A DNA stretch of 64,000 bases from an uncultured Candidatus Actinomarina sp. (lineage in GTDB: Bacteria; Actinomycetota; Acidimicrobiia; Actinomarinales; Actinomarinaceae). How positions within the stretch are numbered: position 1 is the stretch's first letter; every line of letters starts with the position of its first letter. The translations under genes and the position numbers were made by a program. Below, piece by piece: positions 9,510 through 20,436 of the stretch. The stretch is taken from the NCBI GenBank assembly GCA_902626065.1, contig CACODT010000001.1, positions 221,728-285,727 on the forward strand. Reading direction: 5' to 3'. Below the pieces are notes generated by a model. The model was not told the DNA's origin, did no database searches, and saw nothing but the letters and a program-made list of their open reading frames with translations.

Positions 9510-9554
9510 CTGAATATCAATAGTAATTAATAAATTGTTAAACTCAAGCTGTTT

Positions 9555-12374
9555 TTAATCTTGATTGAGAATTGCTAAAGCTCTTTCAACAAGCTCCTCG
9601 ACTCGTACTATTAGATCTTGATATTTGCCTAGATCTCCATCAGTTAAAGCTGTCTGAGCTTGATCAAATAGATCATTGGCTTTATTTAATAAATCGATAG
9701 CACTCGTTTCTTCTGTGTCGTCACTATCAACGTCTATACTGATATCAAGATCACCAAAAACACCCTCTAGAGCAAGCGATAGTGATTCAGCCATAATTAT
9801 TCTGTCTTGAAAAACGACCACCACAAATTTAAATTCTGGTAACGGGTTCTGTTCACCCTGTAGATATATCGGTTGATAATAAAGAACTGATTGGTTTATT
9901 GGTACAACAAAAAGGTTTCCTTTGATAACACTTGATCCCTGTTGATCCAATAACGTAAATATTTGAGAAATATCTGGATCCTGATTTATTCTTGTTGCTA
10001 CTTGTGTTGGTCCATCAACAAATTCACCTTTAGGTAACTTGAAATCAATTATTTGTCCATAATTTTCAGGGTCTGCATCTGCGACTAAGAAGGACTGCAT
10101 ATTTGGTCTGTTTTCTGGATTAAATGGTTGAAAAATAAGATAACTTAAATCAGATTCTCCAGGGAGTGACATTAACAAATAATAAGGGAGCATCGGCTTG
10201 AAGCCAATTTCGGTAAACTCACCTCGTAAAGTTGCAAGTCTGGGTGTAGTAGATGAATCTGTAGGAATAACCCAAGGATCCTCGTCGGCATAGAAAACTC
10301 TCGGATCTGTCATGTGATAGTCACGATACATGTCAGATTGAATCGTGAATAAATCTTCTGGGTATCTTATATGATTGAGTAGATCTTCAGACATATTTGA
10401 CTTTTTGTCAAAAAGTGATGGGAATATTTCCGAATATGATTTTATTAATGGGTCATTCTCATCAAATACATAAAACTTCATTGTTCCGTCGTAAGCGTTA
10501 ACAACGGCCTTGACTGAATTTCGAATATAGTTAAAGTTTATTGGTAATCCTGATCTGTCATTTATTCTTGTAGTATCTGCTGGTTGGGCGTACGGATATC
10601 TATCACTTAATGTATAGAGGTCAATAATCCAGAATAAATTACCATCTATTAAGGCGAGATAGGGGTCATTGTCAGTATATAAAAATGGTGCAGCCTTCTT
10701 AACTCGGCTGATTATATTTCTCTCCATGATTAATTTTGATCCATCTCCTAATTGATTTGATATCAGGAGGTTCAGTTCACTATAACGTAAAGCAAACCCA
10801 AGCCTCTTGAAGAATGAGCCAATTCCAACTCCACCATCACCCGAATAGTTTGTATAAGCAACAGATTGCCCCTCTGTTGAAAGAGGATAATCAACCTCAT
10901 CTTGAAGTGAGTTAACCACAACGTAATCGTTCGACTGAGCTGACTCTCCAAAATATATTCTTGGTTGGTTAACTTCAAGTTCAGAGACACTTGTATTTGC
11001 TGGAACACCCTTTACATAAAAATCTGGCTGTCCCTGACTTGCCACATTATTTGCGGGACTAAATACAACACCAAACCCGTGCGTGTATTGTAATTTTTGG
11101 TTTACCCAACCCTGAGCTGGCAAGTTTGTTTGATCTAACTCTCTAGCTGAAACCATTACCTGAGTTAATTCTCCATCAATCACATACCTATCAACATCTA
11201 CTTCATCCAGGGCATAATATGCTCTAATTTCTTGGAGCTGACTATATGTTTCTGCCAAAACAGTAGGATCCCAAAGTCTAATATTGTCTACTGTTTGCGA
11301 ATTATCATTAATATCATTTTGAGAAAGATTTGGTGAAGCTTCAAATTGTCTTTCCTCAATTGAATCAAGTCCATATGCAAGCCTCGTATAGTTAATGTGA
11401 TCATCTACGTAAGGTAATTCTTTGTTTAACTCATCTGGTACTACCCTAAATCTCTGTATTGCGGCTGGGACGATTCCACCAACAATGATTGATACAGCTA
11501 GCCATAAACCAATTGCAGTAGTCGGAAGAAGCCATCCTCTTCTTCTAATATTTACTAATAGAAGGACTGCACCAAAAAGGGATATAAGAATTAATAAATT
11601 TAGTGCTGGCAAATGAGCTACAACATCTGTGTAGCTTGCTCCAAAGACTTTTCCTCTAGGTGAATAAAGTAGCTCTAGGGCATCTAGCCTGTAAGCTACT
11701 GCTTTTAAAACGGCGATGAATGCAAGTAGTACAGATAAATGTGCTTTTGCTCCGCTACTTACCTCGGGCAATCTACCTGGTCTTAATTGAAGTGCTCCAG
11801 TTGCAATAAAATATAAAACTATGACAAATGACGTTATGGTAACTAGCTGAAATCCCCAAGAAACAAATAATCTATATAGCGGAAGCCCATAAACATAACT
11901 TGCAACGTCGTAATTAAAAACTGGATCATTCACACCAAATTCTTGTCTATTGAGAAATAATAAAACCTGTTCCCATAGTGTTGAGGCACCAGCACCTAAA
12001 AATAATGAGAGACCTATTGCACCGGTTAATCTAAATCTTGCAAATCTTTCACTGACAAAATTTCTAAATCTTGCCAAAGGATCTTCTGAGTCAAATGCTT
12101 CAAATATATCCATAACGGGTGTTGCTCTTGTGGCCAATCTTAAATTAATGAATATAAAAGCAAATGCCACTAATGATGTTGCCCCAACAAGTGCTGTTCT
12201 GGTTAGTAAAATTTTTATCCAAACACTCTCTAAAGCTACAGAGTCAAACCATAAATAATTTGTGTAAAAATTAGCAATTCCTCTTGCTAGTGAAAAACCA
12301 ATAATTGCTATGAATACAATGAAGGAAAAACCCCTTCTCTCCGAATTAGTGTTTAAATTACCTAAGTTAACCAT
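9555..12374 (-). CDS. UPF0182-family large membrane protein
   Basis: 939 aa. The N-terminal ~280 aa is multi-TM, followed by a large soluble domain. Size and architecture match actinobacterial UPF0182 proteins (Rv0064-like). Confidence 0.5.
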   Translation of the reverse strand: MVNLGNLNTNSERRGFSFIVFIAIIGFSLARGIANFYTNYLWFDSVALESVWIKILLTRTALVGATSLVAFAFIFINLRLATRATPVMDIFEAFDSEDPLARFRNFVSERFARFRLTGAIGLSLFLGAGASTLWEQVLLFLNRQEFGVNDPVFNYDVASYVYGLPLYRLFVSWGFQLVTITSFVIVLYFIATGALQLRPGRLPEVSSGAKAHLSVLLAFIAVLKAVAYRLDALELLYSPRGKVFGASYTDVVAHLPALNLLILISLFGAVLLLVNIRRRGWLLPTTAIGLWLAVSIIVGGIVPAAIQRFRVVPDELNKELPYVDDHINYTRLAYGLDSIEERQFEASPNLSQNDINDNSQTVDNIRLWDPTVLAETYSQLQEIRAYYALDEVDVDRYVIDGELTQVMVSARELDQTNLPAQGWVNQKLQYTHGFGVVFSPANNVASQGQPDFYVKGVPANTSVSELEVNQPRIYFGESAQSNDYVVVNSLQDEVDYPLSTEGQSVAYTNYSGDGGVGIGSFFKRLGFALRYSELNLLISNQLGDGSKLIMERNIISRVKKAAPFLYTDNDPYLALIDGNLFWIIDLYTLSDRYPYAQPADTTRINDRSGLPINFNYIRNSVKAVVNAYDGTMKFYVFDENDPLIKSYSEIFPSLFDKKSNMSEDLLNHIRYPEDLFTIQSDMYRDYHMTDPRVFYADEDPWVIPTDSSTTPRLATLRGEFTEIGFKPMLPYYLLMSLPGESDLSYLIFQPFNPENRPNMQSFLVADADPENYGQIIDFKLPKGEFVDGPTQVATRINQDPDISQIFTLLDQQGSSVIKGNLFVVPINQSVLYYQPIYLQGEQNPLPEFKFVVVVFQDRIIMAESLSLALEGVFGDLDISIDVDSDDTEETSAIDLLNKANDLFDQAQTALTDGDLGKYQDLIVRVEELVERALAILNQD

Positions 12375-12402
12375 GTCAATTTATTGTATTTATGTTTCGT
12401 CT

Positions 12403-13413
12403 TTAACGTGAACTAAAGTCAGAAATAACATTCAGTGCTTCCTCAAAAGAATCAACTGCAACAATCGATGTATTTTCATCAGAATATACATTTGCTTCTT
12501 GAAAATTTGCTGTAGGAACTAAAATTAGCGATGCATTTGCTCTTTTAGCAGCAATAACCTTTTGTTTTACACCACCTACCGGTCCAACAGATCCATCTAT
12601 TTCTATAGTTCCGGTTCCAGCAATTTTATTTCCTTCAGTTATATCATTCTCGGTAAGCAAATTAAAAACATTAAGTGCCATCATCATTCCAGCAGAAGGT
12701 CCACCCACATTTCCCGTATTTATATCAACTTCAAAGGGATATACAAATTTTTGATTTGGGGTTGAAGCTAAAAATCCTACCATTGGTTCATTTTCATATT
12801 CCACATGTTCAATAAGGGTAGTCTGAATTGTTAAATTTTCTTGATTTCTATTTAATCCAATTTCAACTGTGTCTCCAATATCGTAGGTTTTTAGTAAAGA
12901 TATAAATTCCGTTGTGGATTTTACTATCTCATCATTAATTGATGTAATAAGATCATTTTTAAAAAGTTTGTTTCTTACAGGGGAGTCGTCAAGTAAGCCA
13001 ACAACTAATACACCATCTCCTTCGGCTTCGACATCATATCCTAAACTATCTAATGCAACAGCTATTGCAACATTTTCAGAAGTTATCATATTTTGAAGGC
13101 TAATTTCAGAAAGCTCTTGAGGAGTCACTCCATCCGGCAAAATAACTTCCCTAGGGTATAGATCAATTTCATTATTCAAAATTGCCCATGCATAAACAAA
13201 GTAGTTAGCTTCGTCTCTCCTTACAGTTAATTGATATAAATTACCATCAAAATCGAAAGTGTTCTGACCCTCTATTTCGATGTCCCATTGATAAGGGGGT
13301 CCAGGGGACATAAAGTAATATTCTGTTTTGGCAAAACCAAATGGAAAAAGAATGACTATGTAAGTAATTACTGCAATTTTCAGTACTTTGTTTTTTTCAA
13401 AGAATGTTTTCAT
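12403..13413 (-). CDS. PDZ-domain Lon-like (S16) serine protease, YlbL/SdrC-like
   Basis: N-terminal TM/signal, a PDZ region and C-terminal GPSAGMMMAL (GPSAG Lon proteolytic motif). The start is set at the ATG at 13413 because the track's longer N-terminus would translate through a terminator hairpin. Confidence 0.7.
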   Translation of the reverse strand: MKTFFEKNKVLKIAVITYIVILFPFGFAKTEYYFMSPGPPYQWDIEIEGQNTFDFDGNLYQLTVRRDEANYFVYAWAILNNEIDLYPREVILPDGVTPQELSEISLQNMITSENVAIAVALDSLGYDVEAEGDGVLVVGLLDDSPVRNKLFKNDLITSINDEIVKSTTEFISLLKTYDIGDTVEIGLNRNQENLTIQTTLIEHVEYENEPMVGFLASTPNQKFVYPFEVDINTGNVGGPSAGMMMALNVFNLLTENDITEGNKIAGTGTIEIDGSVGPVGGVKQKVIAAKRANASLILVPTANFQEANVYSDENTSIVAVDSFEEALNVISDFSSR

Positions 13414-13450
13414 ATTTGCATAATAATTTATTTGAATATATATAAAAAAA

Positions 13451-13476
13451 AGAGCCGGCAACGCCGGCTCTTTTTA
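13451..13476 (-). terminator. Rho-independent terminator (bidirectional hairpin) after the ABC substrate-binding gene
   Basis: agagccggc-aac-gccggctct, a 9-bp GC-rich stem flanked by A8 on one side and T5 on the other. Confidence 0.6.
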
Positions 13477-13493
13477 CTCAATTATTTTTCAAG

Positions 13494-14873
13494 TTATGAA
13501 CATGCTCCTGAAGTCCAATCGTATGATTTGGCTGTTGAGCCTACATAACCTTCTGCAAGTACTCTTTGACCGCTACCAATTGAACCATCGGGAATACCGA
13601 TATATGCTTGGGCATCAGCTCTATCTTGACCTAATGTCCTAGATGGGAACATCCCATCTGATTCAACTGTTACATTTGCAGCTGCTCTTCTAATACCTGC
13701 TCTGGATATATCTCCACCTTTATAAGCTGCTTCTAAAACACCTTTTAAGTGATACTGAGATGACCAACCAGCAACTAGGAATGAGTTTGCACTATCTACT
13801 ATTTGACTCATTGTAGCTCTCATAACTGCATGACCAGGTGTGTCAGCCTCATATGGTGCTACACCAAGTCCCATTGCATAAATGGCTCCTGATTCAAATA
13901 ATCCTTTCAATGCAAAACCTTCTTGAACAAAAGCATCATTATAAGATGGTCCTGCAAGAATTGCGAAAGGTGTAATTCCTTGCTGTGCTGCTCCACCAGC
14001 AACTTGAGCCATAAATCCTGCATTAATTGCTGGATAATATGCATCAACTGGTTGAGTAACCATTAATCCGACCGCTTGAGCAACATCGAATTCAGTTGCA
14101 GGAGGTGTATATGTCCATGCTACTTCTAATCCGTTTGCCTCGGCTGCTTTAGCAACACCAGCTGCCCAATCTGAGCCGTAATCGCCAGCAAATCCCATGA
14201 TACCAACTGTCTTGATATCTCCAAGATTTGCTAAAGACCAGTCAACAGCATTCATTCCATCAGCACAATACTGACTTCCAAATTCGATGACTAAGCCTTT
14301 GTCAGAATCTTTATAAGACCAACCTGACCACCAGCTCATTGGAACTGCAACCATGTTATCTTTATCCATTTCATCTAAGATAAATAAAGTTTGTACAGTA
14401 CCTAACGACATTGATAGTGCTGCTACATCATCTTTTAATGCTGTATACCCTTCTAAATGTTTTTGTGGATTATATCCAGTGTCAAAACTTTCTTTTATTG
14501 CGACACTATATTCTCCAATTCCCCCAGCTGAGTTTGCCCAAAGCCAAAAAGCTCTTTGTGCAACCTCTAACCCTGGACCAGCAGGTGCGAAAGGTCCTGT
14601 AAAGTCATTTAGCATACCTAAATAAATACAACCTTTGTTTGGATCAGCACCTGTTGGTACTCCTCCAATTTCTGCCGGACAAGGATCTTCTGTAACTCCT
14701 GTTCCAGTTTTTACAGATGTTGCTGTTGTGACAGCAGGAGAATCTAGTGATTCAGCAGGTTCTTCAACTACTGCTTCTTCTACAACTTCTTCTTCAGCTG
14801 CTCCACCGCACGCAACAATAACTAAGGAAAGAATTGAAAAAATTATTATTCCTTGCTTACGCAATGAATTCAT
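13494..14873 (-). CDS. ABC transporter substrate-binding lipoprotein, LivK/PBP-type-I family
   Basis: Lipoprotein signal (LSLVIVACGG), an acidic low-complexity linker and a Leu/Ile/Val-binding-protein-like fold. A strong SD (AAGGGGGAG) precedes the ATG. Confidence 0.75.
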   Translation of the reverse strand: MNSLRKQGIIIFSILSLVIVACGGAAEEEVVEEAVVEEPAESLDSPAVTTATSVKTGTGVTEDPCPAEIGGVPTGADPNKGCIYLGMLNDFTGPFAPAGPGLEVAQRAFWLWANSAGGIGEYSVAIKESFDTGYNPQKHLEGYTALKDDVAALSMSLGTVQTLFILDEMDKDNMVAVPMSWWSGWSYKDSDKGLVIEFGSQYCADGMNAVDWSLANLGDIKTVGIMGFAGDYGSDWAAGVAKAAEANGLEVAWTYTPPATEFDVAQAVGLMVTQPVDAYYPAINAGFMAQVAGGAAQQGITPFAILAGPSYNDAFVQEGFALKGLFESGAIYAMGLGVAPYEADTPGHAVMRATMSQIVDSANSFLVAGWSSQYHLKGVLEAAYKGGDISRAGIRRAAANVTVESDGMFPSRTLGQDRADAQAYIGIPDGSIGSGQRVLAEGYVGSTAKSYDWTSGACS

Positions 14874-14930
14874 TTTCTCCCCCTTAAATTATTAGTACTA
14901 ATGTCTTTAGGTTACTAGAAAATGTTTAAG

Positions 14931-16034
14931 TTAGTAGGAAAAAGGCCAAGCTTTAAAATAATTGCGTAACCTAAACCAAATACCCCAAATGCCTCTAGGT
15001 TCAAAAACTAGAAAAAATATAATAAAAAATCCAAAAACAATTCTCTCAATTTCCCCAGCATTTAGAAAAAAGCCAGTATCTGCAACTCCTAAAGCATGCA
15101 AGATCACCTGAATTATTCCAGGTAGCATTGTAAAGAAAAATGCACCGTATAAAGGACCTAAAACTGTACCTACGCCTCCAATTATTACGATAGCAATAAA
15201 GGTTATCGAGTACAGAAGACTAAATGTTCCTGGTTCGACACCCCCCGAAATAATAAAAATAATTGATCCAGCTATACCTGCATAAAAACTTGATAAAGCA
15301 AAGGCGTACATTTTAAATTTGAATAAATTAATGCCTAATGCTTCGGCTGCAATGTCTCTATCTCTAATTGCTGAAAATGCTCTTCCAATTTTTGTTCTTG
15401 TAAGATTTTTTGCACCAATTCCTAGCAATATGCAAAGTATTAATGAGAAATAATAAATTACATCGTTTTTTTCTAAAATTAAATTACCGATTGAAATACC
15501 AGAATCTAAATCGAATCCTAAAAATTTTAATTTTGCAGCTTTTCGACCAAGGCCTGCTCCACCCGTAATGAATTTAAGATTAGAAAAAAAATGCGAGCCA
15601 ATAAAAACAATTGCTAACGTGACTAATCCAAGATTCAAACCTTTTAGTCTGGCTGAAACGGGAGATATTATTACACCAATTAATGCAGCTACAGCTCCTG
15701 ATATTGGTAACCAAAATATCATATCAAGTTCAAAGCCAATGACACTAGATGTCGCAACACCTCCAATCACTGCAGAAGTATATGCACCTATACCAACAAA
15801 TACTCCATGAGCTAAATTTATTTGTCCTGCCATTCCCGAAACTATATTCAAGCCCCATGATGCAATTGCAATCAGTAATGATGTTGTTACTAATAACATC
15901 CAATAATTAGACAAATAAAAAGGTAATAATAACGATATGAATAAAAGAAGCACAAACCAAACCTTTTGAGTAAGTGTTGAAAAAATTGCACTTTCTGATT
16001 TATAGTTTGTATACAGATCCGGTCTTTTTCTCAA
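14931..16034 (-). CDS. livM: branched-chain-type ABC transporter permease (LivM-like)
   Basis: Multi-TM with LivM-like conserved loops. It overlaps the upstream permease by 4 nt. Confidence 0.8.
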   Translation of the reverse strand: MRKRPDLYTNYKSESAIFSTLTQKVWFVLLLFISLLLPFYLSNYWMLLVTTSLLIAIASWGLNIVSGMAGQINLAHGVFVGIGAYTSAVIGGVATSSVIGFELDMIFWLPISGAVAALIGVIISPVSARLKGLNLGLVTLAIVFIGSHFFSNLKFITGGAGLGRKAAKLKFLGFDLDSGISIGNLILEKNDVIYYFSLILCILLGIGAKNLTRTKIGRAFSAIRDRDIAAEALGINLFKFKMYAFALSSFYAGIAGSIIFIISGGVEPGTFSLLYSITFIAIVIIGGVGTVLGPLYGAFFFTMLPGIIQVILHALGVADTGFFLNAGEIERIVFGFFIIFFLVFEPRGIWGIWFRLRNYFKAWPFSY

Positions 16035-16951
16035 ACTCTCTCAACCTCCTCACGTCCAAAAAGTCCATCTGGCCTGATTAATAAAATGAAAAACATTATT
16101 AAATATGGTGCAATTAATGAAAAGCCACTACCTAAAGAAAATCCAACAATATTTTCTATATTTATTTGATAGTATGCAACATAACCTTGAGTTAATCCAA
16201 TAATTAGTGAACCAACAACTGCTCCAGGTATAGAATCAAGTCCTCCGATAACAACTGCAGGAAGAGCTCTAAGAGCAGAAATAAAACTTGTTTGTGTAAG
16301 AGTATTGAAACCACCTGTAATGAAAAATCCTGCAAATCCAGCCAACACACCAGCAATTAACCAAACAAGTCCAAAGATTCTTCCAACATTAATACCTTGG
16401 GCCAAAGCAGCTTCTTGGTCATATGCAGTTGCCATCATTGCTACACCATATTTTGATTTTTTAAAAAATATTGTAAGAAATGAAATCATAATTATTGCTG
16501 TAAATAATGCAGCTAATTCCAAATATTTTAGAGTAACACCATTAACTACAAGTGATCCAAAATTACCAAAGCTTGGAAATGGATCACCTAAATATCTTGG
16601 GTTTAGACCAATCCAATTATTCAAAATTGTTCTTAAAAGTAGATCAATACCAATCGTAAGAATTGCAACCGAAAAAACTGGCTCTCCAACCATAGGGCGT
16701 AAAAAAGTACGCTCTACTATTAAGCCAATTAAGCCAGTCGCGATAATGCCAATTATAAACGCAAGCCAAAATGGTACTCCTCTGTCAACTGCAAGAGCAC
16801 TTATAACTCCAGCACCCACAACAACTAATGCTGGGTGAGCAAAGCTTAAAACATCTGTGGCTTTGTAAACAAGAACAAGCCCAATTGCAACCAATGAATA
16901 GACAGAACCAAGTGATAAACCTTCAAAAGTTGCCTGTAAAAATATTGTCAT
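16031..16951 (-). CDS. livH: branched-chain-type ABC transporter permease (LivH-like)
   Basis: LivH family signature region. 306 aa, multi-TM. Confidence 0.8.
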   Translation of the reverse strand: MTIFLQATFEGLSLGSVYSLVAIGLVLVYKATDVLSFAHPALVVVGAGVISALAVDRGVPFWLAFIIGIIATGLIGLIVERTFLRPMVGEPVFSVAILTIGIDLLLRTILNNWIGLNPRYLGDPFPSFGNFGSLVVNGVTLKYLELAALFTAIIMISFLTIFFKKSKYGVAMMATAYDQEAALAQGINVGRIFGLVWLIAGVLAGFAGFFITGGFNTLTQTSFISALRALPAVVIGGLDSIPGAVVGSLIIGLTQGYVAYYQINIENIVGFSLGSGFSLIAPYLIMFFILLIRPDGLFGREEVERV

Positions 16952-18786
16952 TTATACATATCTTCTATCAAATCAGAAAACTTCTCCATAATTACATTTC
17001 TTTTAGCTTTTTGTGTTGCAGTGAGATCTCCGTCTTCGTGATCAAGCTCTTTTGTGATCATACGAAATTTTCTAATCGGTAATGACGATGTATATTCATT
17101 TGATTTTTTTATTTCCTCCCATATAAGATTTTGTACTTCTTCATTTTCCGATAAATTTCTGTATGTTGTGTGAGCAATATTCTTTCTTAACGCCCAATTA
17201 GAAACAATATCAAATTCAATTCCTATTAGAGCTGAAAGAAATTTTCTATCATCTCCTATAACAATTGCTTCTTTTATAAATGGAGAGGTTTTTATGTTAT
17301 TTTCTAACTCCGAAGGTGAGACATTTTTACCTCCACTAGTAATTATGATGTCCTTTTTTCTATCAACAATTTTCAGAAAATCGCCATCAAATTCACCAAC
17401 GTCCCCTGTGTAAAGCCATCCATCTTCATCCAACACTTCTTTTGTTGCTTCTTCGTTTTTATAATATCCAAGAAAAACGCCTGGATGTCTTACTAAAATT
17501 TCACCATCTTCAGCTAATTTTATCTCTACACCTGGTTGTGCAGTTCCGACAGTTCCTAGCTTCACCTTATCAGGAGTGTTACCAGTTGCTACTGCTGAAT
17601 TTTCTGTCATCCCATAGCCTTCATATATCGGTACCCCCAATGACATAAAGAATCTTAAAATTTCAGGTGCTATTGGTGCTGCACCTGAAACTGCATTATC
17701 AACATTTAATAATCCCAATTTTTTTCTCAGTGATCTAAAAGCCAAAGCTTGAGCAATAAAGTTGGTTATTTTTGCAACTATATCATTTGGATCTTTAAGT
17801 CTTCTACTAGCTGTAATTCCACCAAAAAAACTTGCAACTTTAAAAAGTAGTTGTTTTAATTTTGATGCATCTTTCATTTTTACTAATGTTCCAGCATGCA
17901 TTCTCTCAAGGATTCTTGGGACTGCTGGGAAAATTGATGGTTGTATCTCTGCTAAATCTCTTTGGACAGTATCAATTGATTCCGCAAAATTAATTGTCCC
18001 AATTGAGTTTATTGCGATAATTTCGTCAACTAATCGTCCAAATACATGACATAGTGGCAAGTAAGATAGGTACTCTGGATTACTTATATTTGGAGTAAAA
18101 GATAAATCAGGAATGATTGATGCTGTCCATTCCATATTTCCGTGAGATAACATTGAAGCCTTTGGAGGACCCGTTGTACCAGATGTATAAATCATCAATG
18201 CTACGTCTTCACTTTTAATTTCATCGATACAAAAACTCACAAAATCTTTATTACTTTCGTATTCCCTTTTTCCAATTTCTAGGAACTCATCCCACCTCAT
18301 AAGTTTTTCGTTTTCATATCTGAAAAGTCCCTTTTCTTCAAAATATACAATTTTTGATATGTTCGGAATGTCATCAATTATTTCAAGAGCTTTATCAACT
18401 TGTTCTTGATCCTCTGCGAATAAAATTTTTGATTCTGAGTGACTTAGAAGATACTTAACCTCAGCTGGAGGATTTGTTGGGTATAAACCCACACTTATCC
18501 CTCCTATTGCCTGAATTCCAATGTCAGAAATTAGCCATTCTGGTCTATTTTCTGAATGGATTGCAACTTTATCTGTTTTTCTTATACCAAAATGATTTAA
18601 TGCACAGGAAACATATTGCACTTGCTGCCAAAACTCTCCATATGTTATTTCATTCCAGATACCATATCTTTTATCTCTAAATGCAATTTGATCTGGAAAT
18701 CTGTTTGCAATATCTCTCAATCTTCTTGATGGAGTCATGCCTCCGCTTGCTTCAATTTCTTCAAATATCTCTTTCATTGTTTGCAT
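16948..18786 (-). CDS. long-chain acyl-CoA synthetase (AMP-binding enzyme)
   Basis: IYTSGTTGPPKASMLSHGNM AMP-binding motif, YGMTE and GWLYTGDVG motifs. It is embedded in the liv-type operon. Confidence 0.8.
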   Translation of the reverse strand: MQTMKEIFEEIEASGGMTPSRRLRDIANRFPDQIAFRDKRYGIWNEITYGEFWQQVQYVSCALNHFGIRKTDKVAIHSENRPEWLISDIGIQAIGGISVGLYPTNPPAEVKYLLSHSESKILFAEDQEQVDKALEIIDDIPNISKIVYFEEKGLFRYENEKLMRWDEFLEIGKREYESNKDFVSFCIDEIKSEDVALMIYTSGTTGPPKASMLSHGNMEWTASIIPDLSFTPNISNPEYLSYLPLCHVFGRLVDEIIAINSIGTINFAESIDTVQRDLAEIQPSIFPAVPRILERMHAGTLVKMKDASKLKQLLFKVASFFGGITASRRLKDPNDIVAKITNFIAQALAFRSLRKKLGLLNVDNAVSGAAPIAPEILRFFMSLGVPIYEGYGMTENSAVATGNTPDKVKLGTVGTAQPGVEIKLAEDGEILVRHPGVFLGYYKNEEATKEVLDEDGWLYTGDVGEFDGDFLKIVDRKKDIIITSGGKNVSPSELENNIKTSPFIKEAIVIGDDRKFLSALIGIEFDIVSNWALRKNIAHTTYRNLSENEEVQNLIWEEIKKSNEYTSSLPIRKFRMITKELDHEDGDLTATQKAKRNVIMEKFSDLIEDMYK

Positions 18787-18788
18787 AA

Positions 18789-19562
18789 TTAACTAACTCC
18801 TAAATAAGCATCAATTACCTTTTGGTCTCTTGCTGCATCCGCAGGATTTCCCTGAAATAATTTTTCACCAAAATCCATTACTACAACTTCTGTCGCAATA
18901 TCCATTACCATATTCATATCGTGATCAATAAGGATTACCGTAATGCCCAATTCTTCATGAATATCCAAGATAAATCTTGCAATGTCCTCTGTTTCTTCAT
19001 TGTTCATACCTGCGGCTGGTTCATCTAATAATAAAACTTTTGGTTCCATTGCAAGAGCTCTTCCTAGCTCTATTCTTTTTTGAATTCCGTATGGTAAAGA
19101 CAAAATAAATGAATATCGATATTCTTCTATTTCTAGAAAATCTATAACATTCTCAGATATTTGTCTTGCTTTTTTTTCTTCTTCTCTTACTTTTTTTGAA
19201 TAAAATAAACTTCTTATTGGTCCATAATTAACATGCCTGTGAGCACCAATTAATATGTTGTCCAAGGCAGTCATATTTTCGAAAAGTTCAATATTCTGAA
19301 ATGTTCGTGAAATTCCCAGGTTTGCTATCTCATCAGGGTGCAATTCCTTACTATCTTTCTCAAATATTGATATAGAACCAGTCGTAGGCTTATAAATTCC
19401 ATTTATACAATTTAACAAAGATGTTTTTCCAGCCCCATTGGGACCAATAATTGCAAACAATGAATTCTCTTTTATATCAAATGAAACATTCTTAAGAGCT
19501 TGAACACCACCAAAATTCAAACTTACATCTTTAAAAGAAATTACCTCAGTCAAGATAGCCAC
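18789..19562 (-). CDS. livG: ABC transporter ATP-binding protein (LivG-like)
   Basis: GPNGAGKTS Walker A, an LSGG-type signature (LPYGIQKRIEL) and LLLDEPAAG Walker B. Confidence 0.85.
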   Translation of the reverse strand: MAILTEVISFKDVSLNFGGVQALKNVSFDIKENSLFAIIGPNGAGKTSLLNCINGIYKPTTGSISIFEKDSKELHPDEIANLGISRTFQNIELFENMTALDNILIGAHRHVNYGPIRSLFYSKKVREEEKKARQISENVIDFLEIEEYRYSFILSLPYGIQKRIELGRALAMEPKVLLLDEPAAGMNNEETEDIARFILDIHEELGITVILIDHDMNMVMDIATEVVVMDFGEKLFQGNPADAARDQKVIDAYLGVS

Positions 19563-20338
19563 CTTTTTTTTCTCTTATAATGTTTCACATCTTTAAATGA
19601 TTTTCTTTCAGTTCCCTCTGTATTTAAACCCAGGTAGAATTCTTGTACATCTTGATCTTTCATTAGTTTTTCACTTGAATTATCCATTACTACATTTCCA
19701 GTTTCCATGATATATCCATGTGAAGAAATTTTTAGTGCCATATTTGCATTTTGCTCAACTAGTAAAACAGTTACACCTTGAGAATTTATTTCTACAATCA
19801 ATTCTGATATTTGTTCAACTAGTTTTGGAGCCAATCCTAAGCTGGGCTCATCCAGTAATAAATATTGAGGGTCTGACATTAATGCCCTACCAATTGCCAA
19901 CATTTGTTGTTCACCACCTGAAAGGTAACCGGATATATCTTTTGCTCTTTTCTTTAATATCGGGAATAATTCAAAAACTCTCTGGATATTTTCTTGAACA
20001 TTCCCATCATTTGTGAATCCTCCAAGTCTTAAGTTTTCATTTACTGTCAATTCTGAAAATATTCTTCGTCCTTCTAAAACTTGTGCAATCCCCAAATTTA
20101 CAATTTTTGAGGGATCAGCATTAGTAATATCCTCATCTTCTACTGTAATTTGACCTTTCGTAATATCACCATTTTGAGTATCTAATAAACCAGTAATCGC
20201 TCTTAAAGCAGTTGTCTTACCAGAACCATTGCTTCCTAATAACGAAACAATTTCACCCTTAGGAATTTCAAAAGATATCCCTCTGAGGACCAAAATTACA
20301 TCTTGATAAACTACTTCTAAATTTTTAACCGATAACAC
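19550..20338 (-). CDS. livF: ABC transporter ATP-binding protein (LivF-like)
   Basis: GSNGSGKTT Walker A, LSGGEQQMLAIGRAL signature and LLLDEPSLGLAP. Confidence 0.85.
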   Translation of the reverse strand: MLSVKNLEVVYQDVILVLRGISFEIPKGEIVSLLGSNGSGKTTALRAITGLLDTQNGDITKGQITVEDEDITNADPSKIVNLGIAQVLEGRRIFSELTVNENLRLGGFTNDGNVQENIQRVFELFPILKKRAKDISGYLSGGEQQMLAIGRALMSDPQYLLLDEPSLGLAPKLVEQISELIVEINSQGVTVLLVEQNANMALKISSHGYIMETGNVVMDNSSEKLMKDQDVQEFYLGLNTEGTERKSFKDVKHYKRKKRWLS

Positions 20339-20436
20339 TTATCTAATTACTTTAACTTAAAAAAATTTATTTTACGAAAAAAAGGCCAGTTAGGTTTTAA
20401 AAACAAGTACAACTGAGACATATTTAATATATATAT

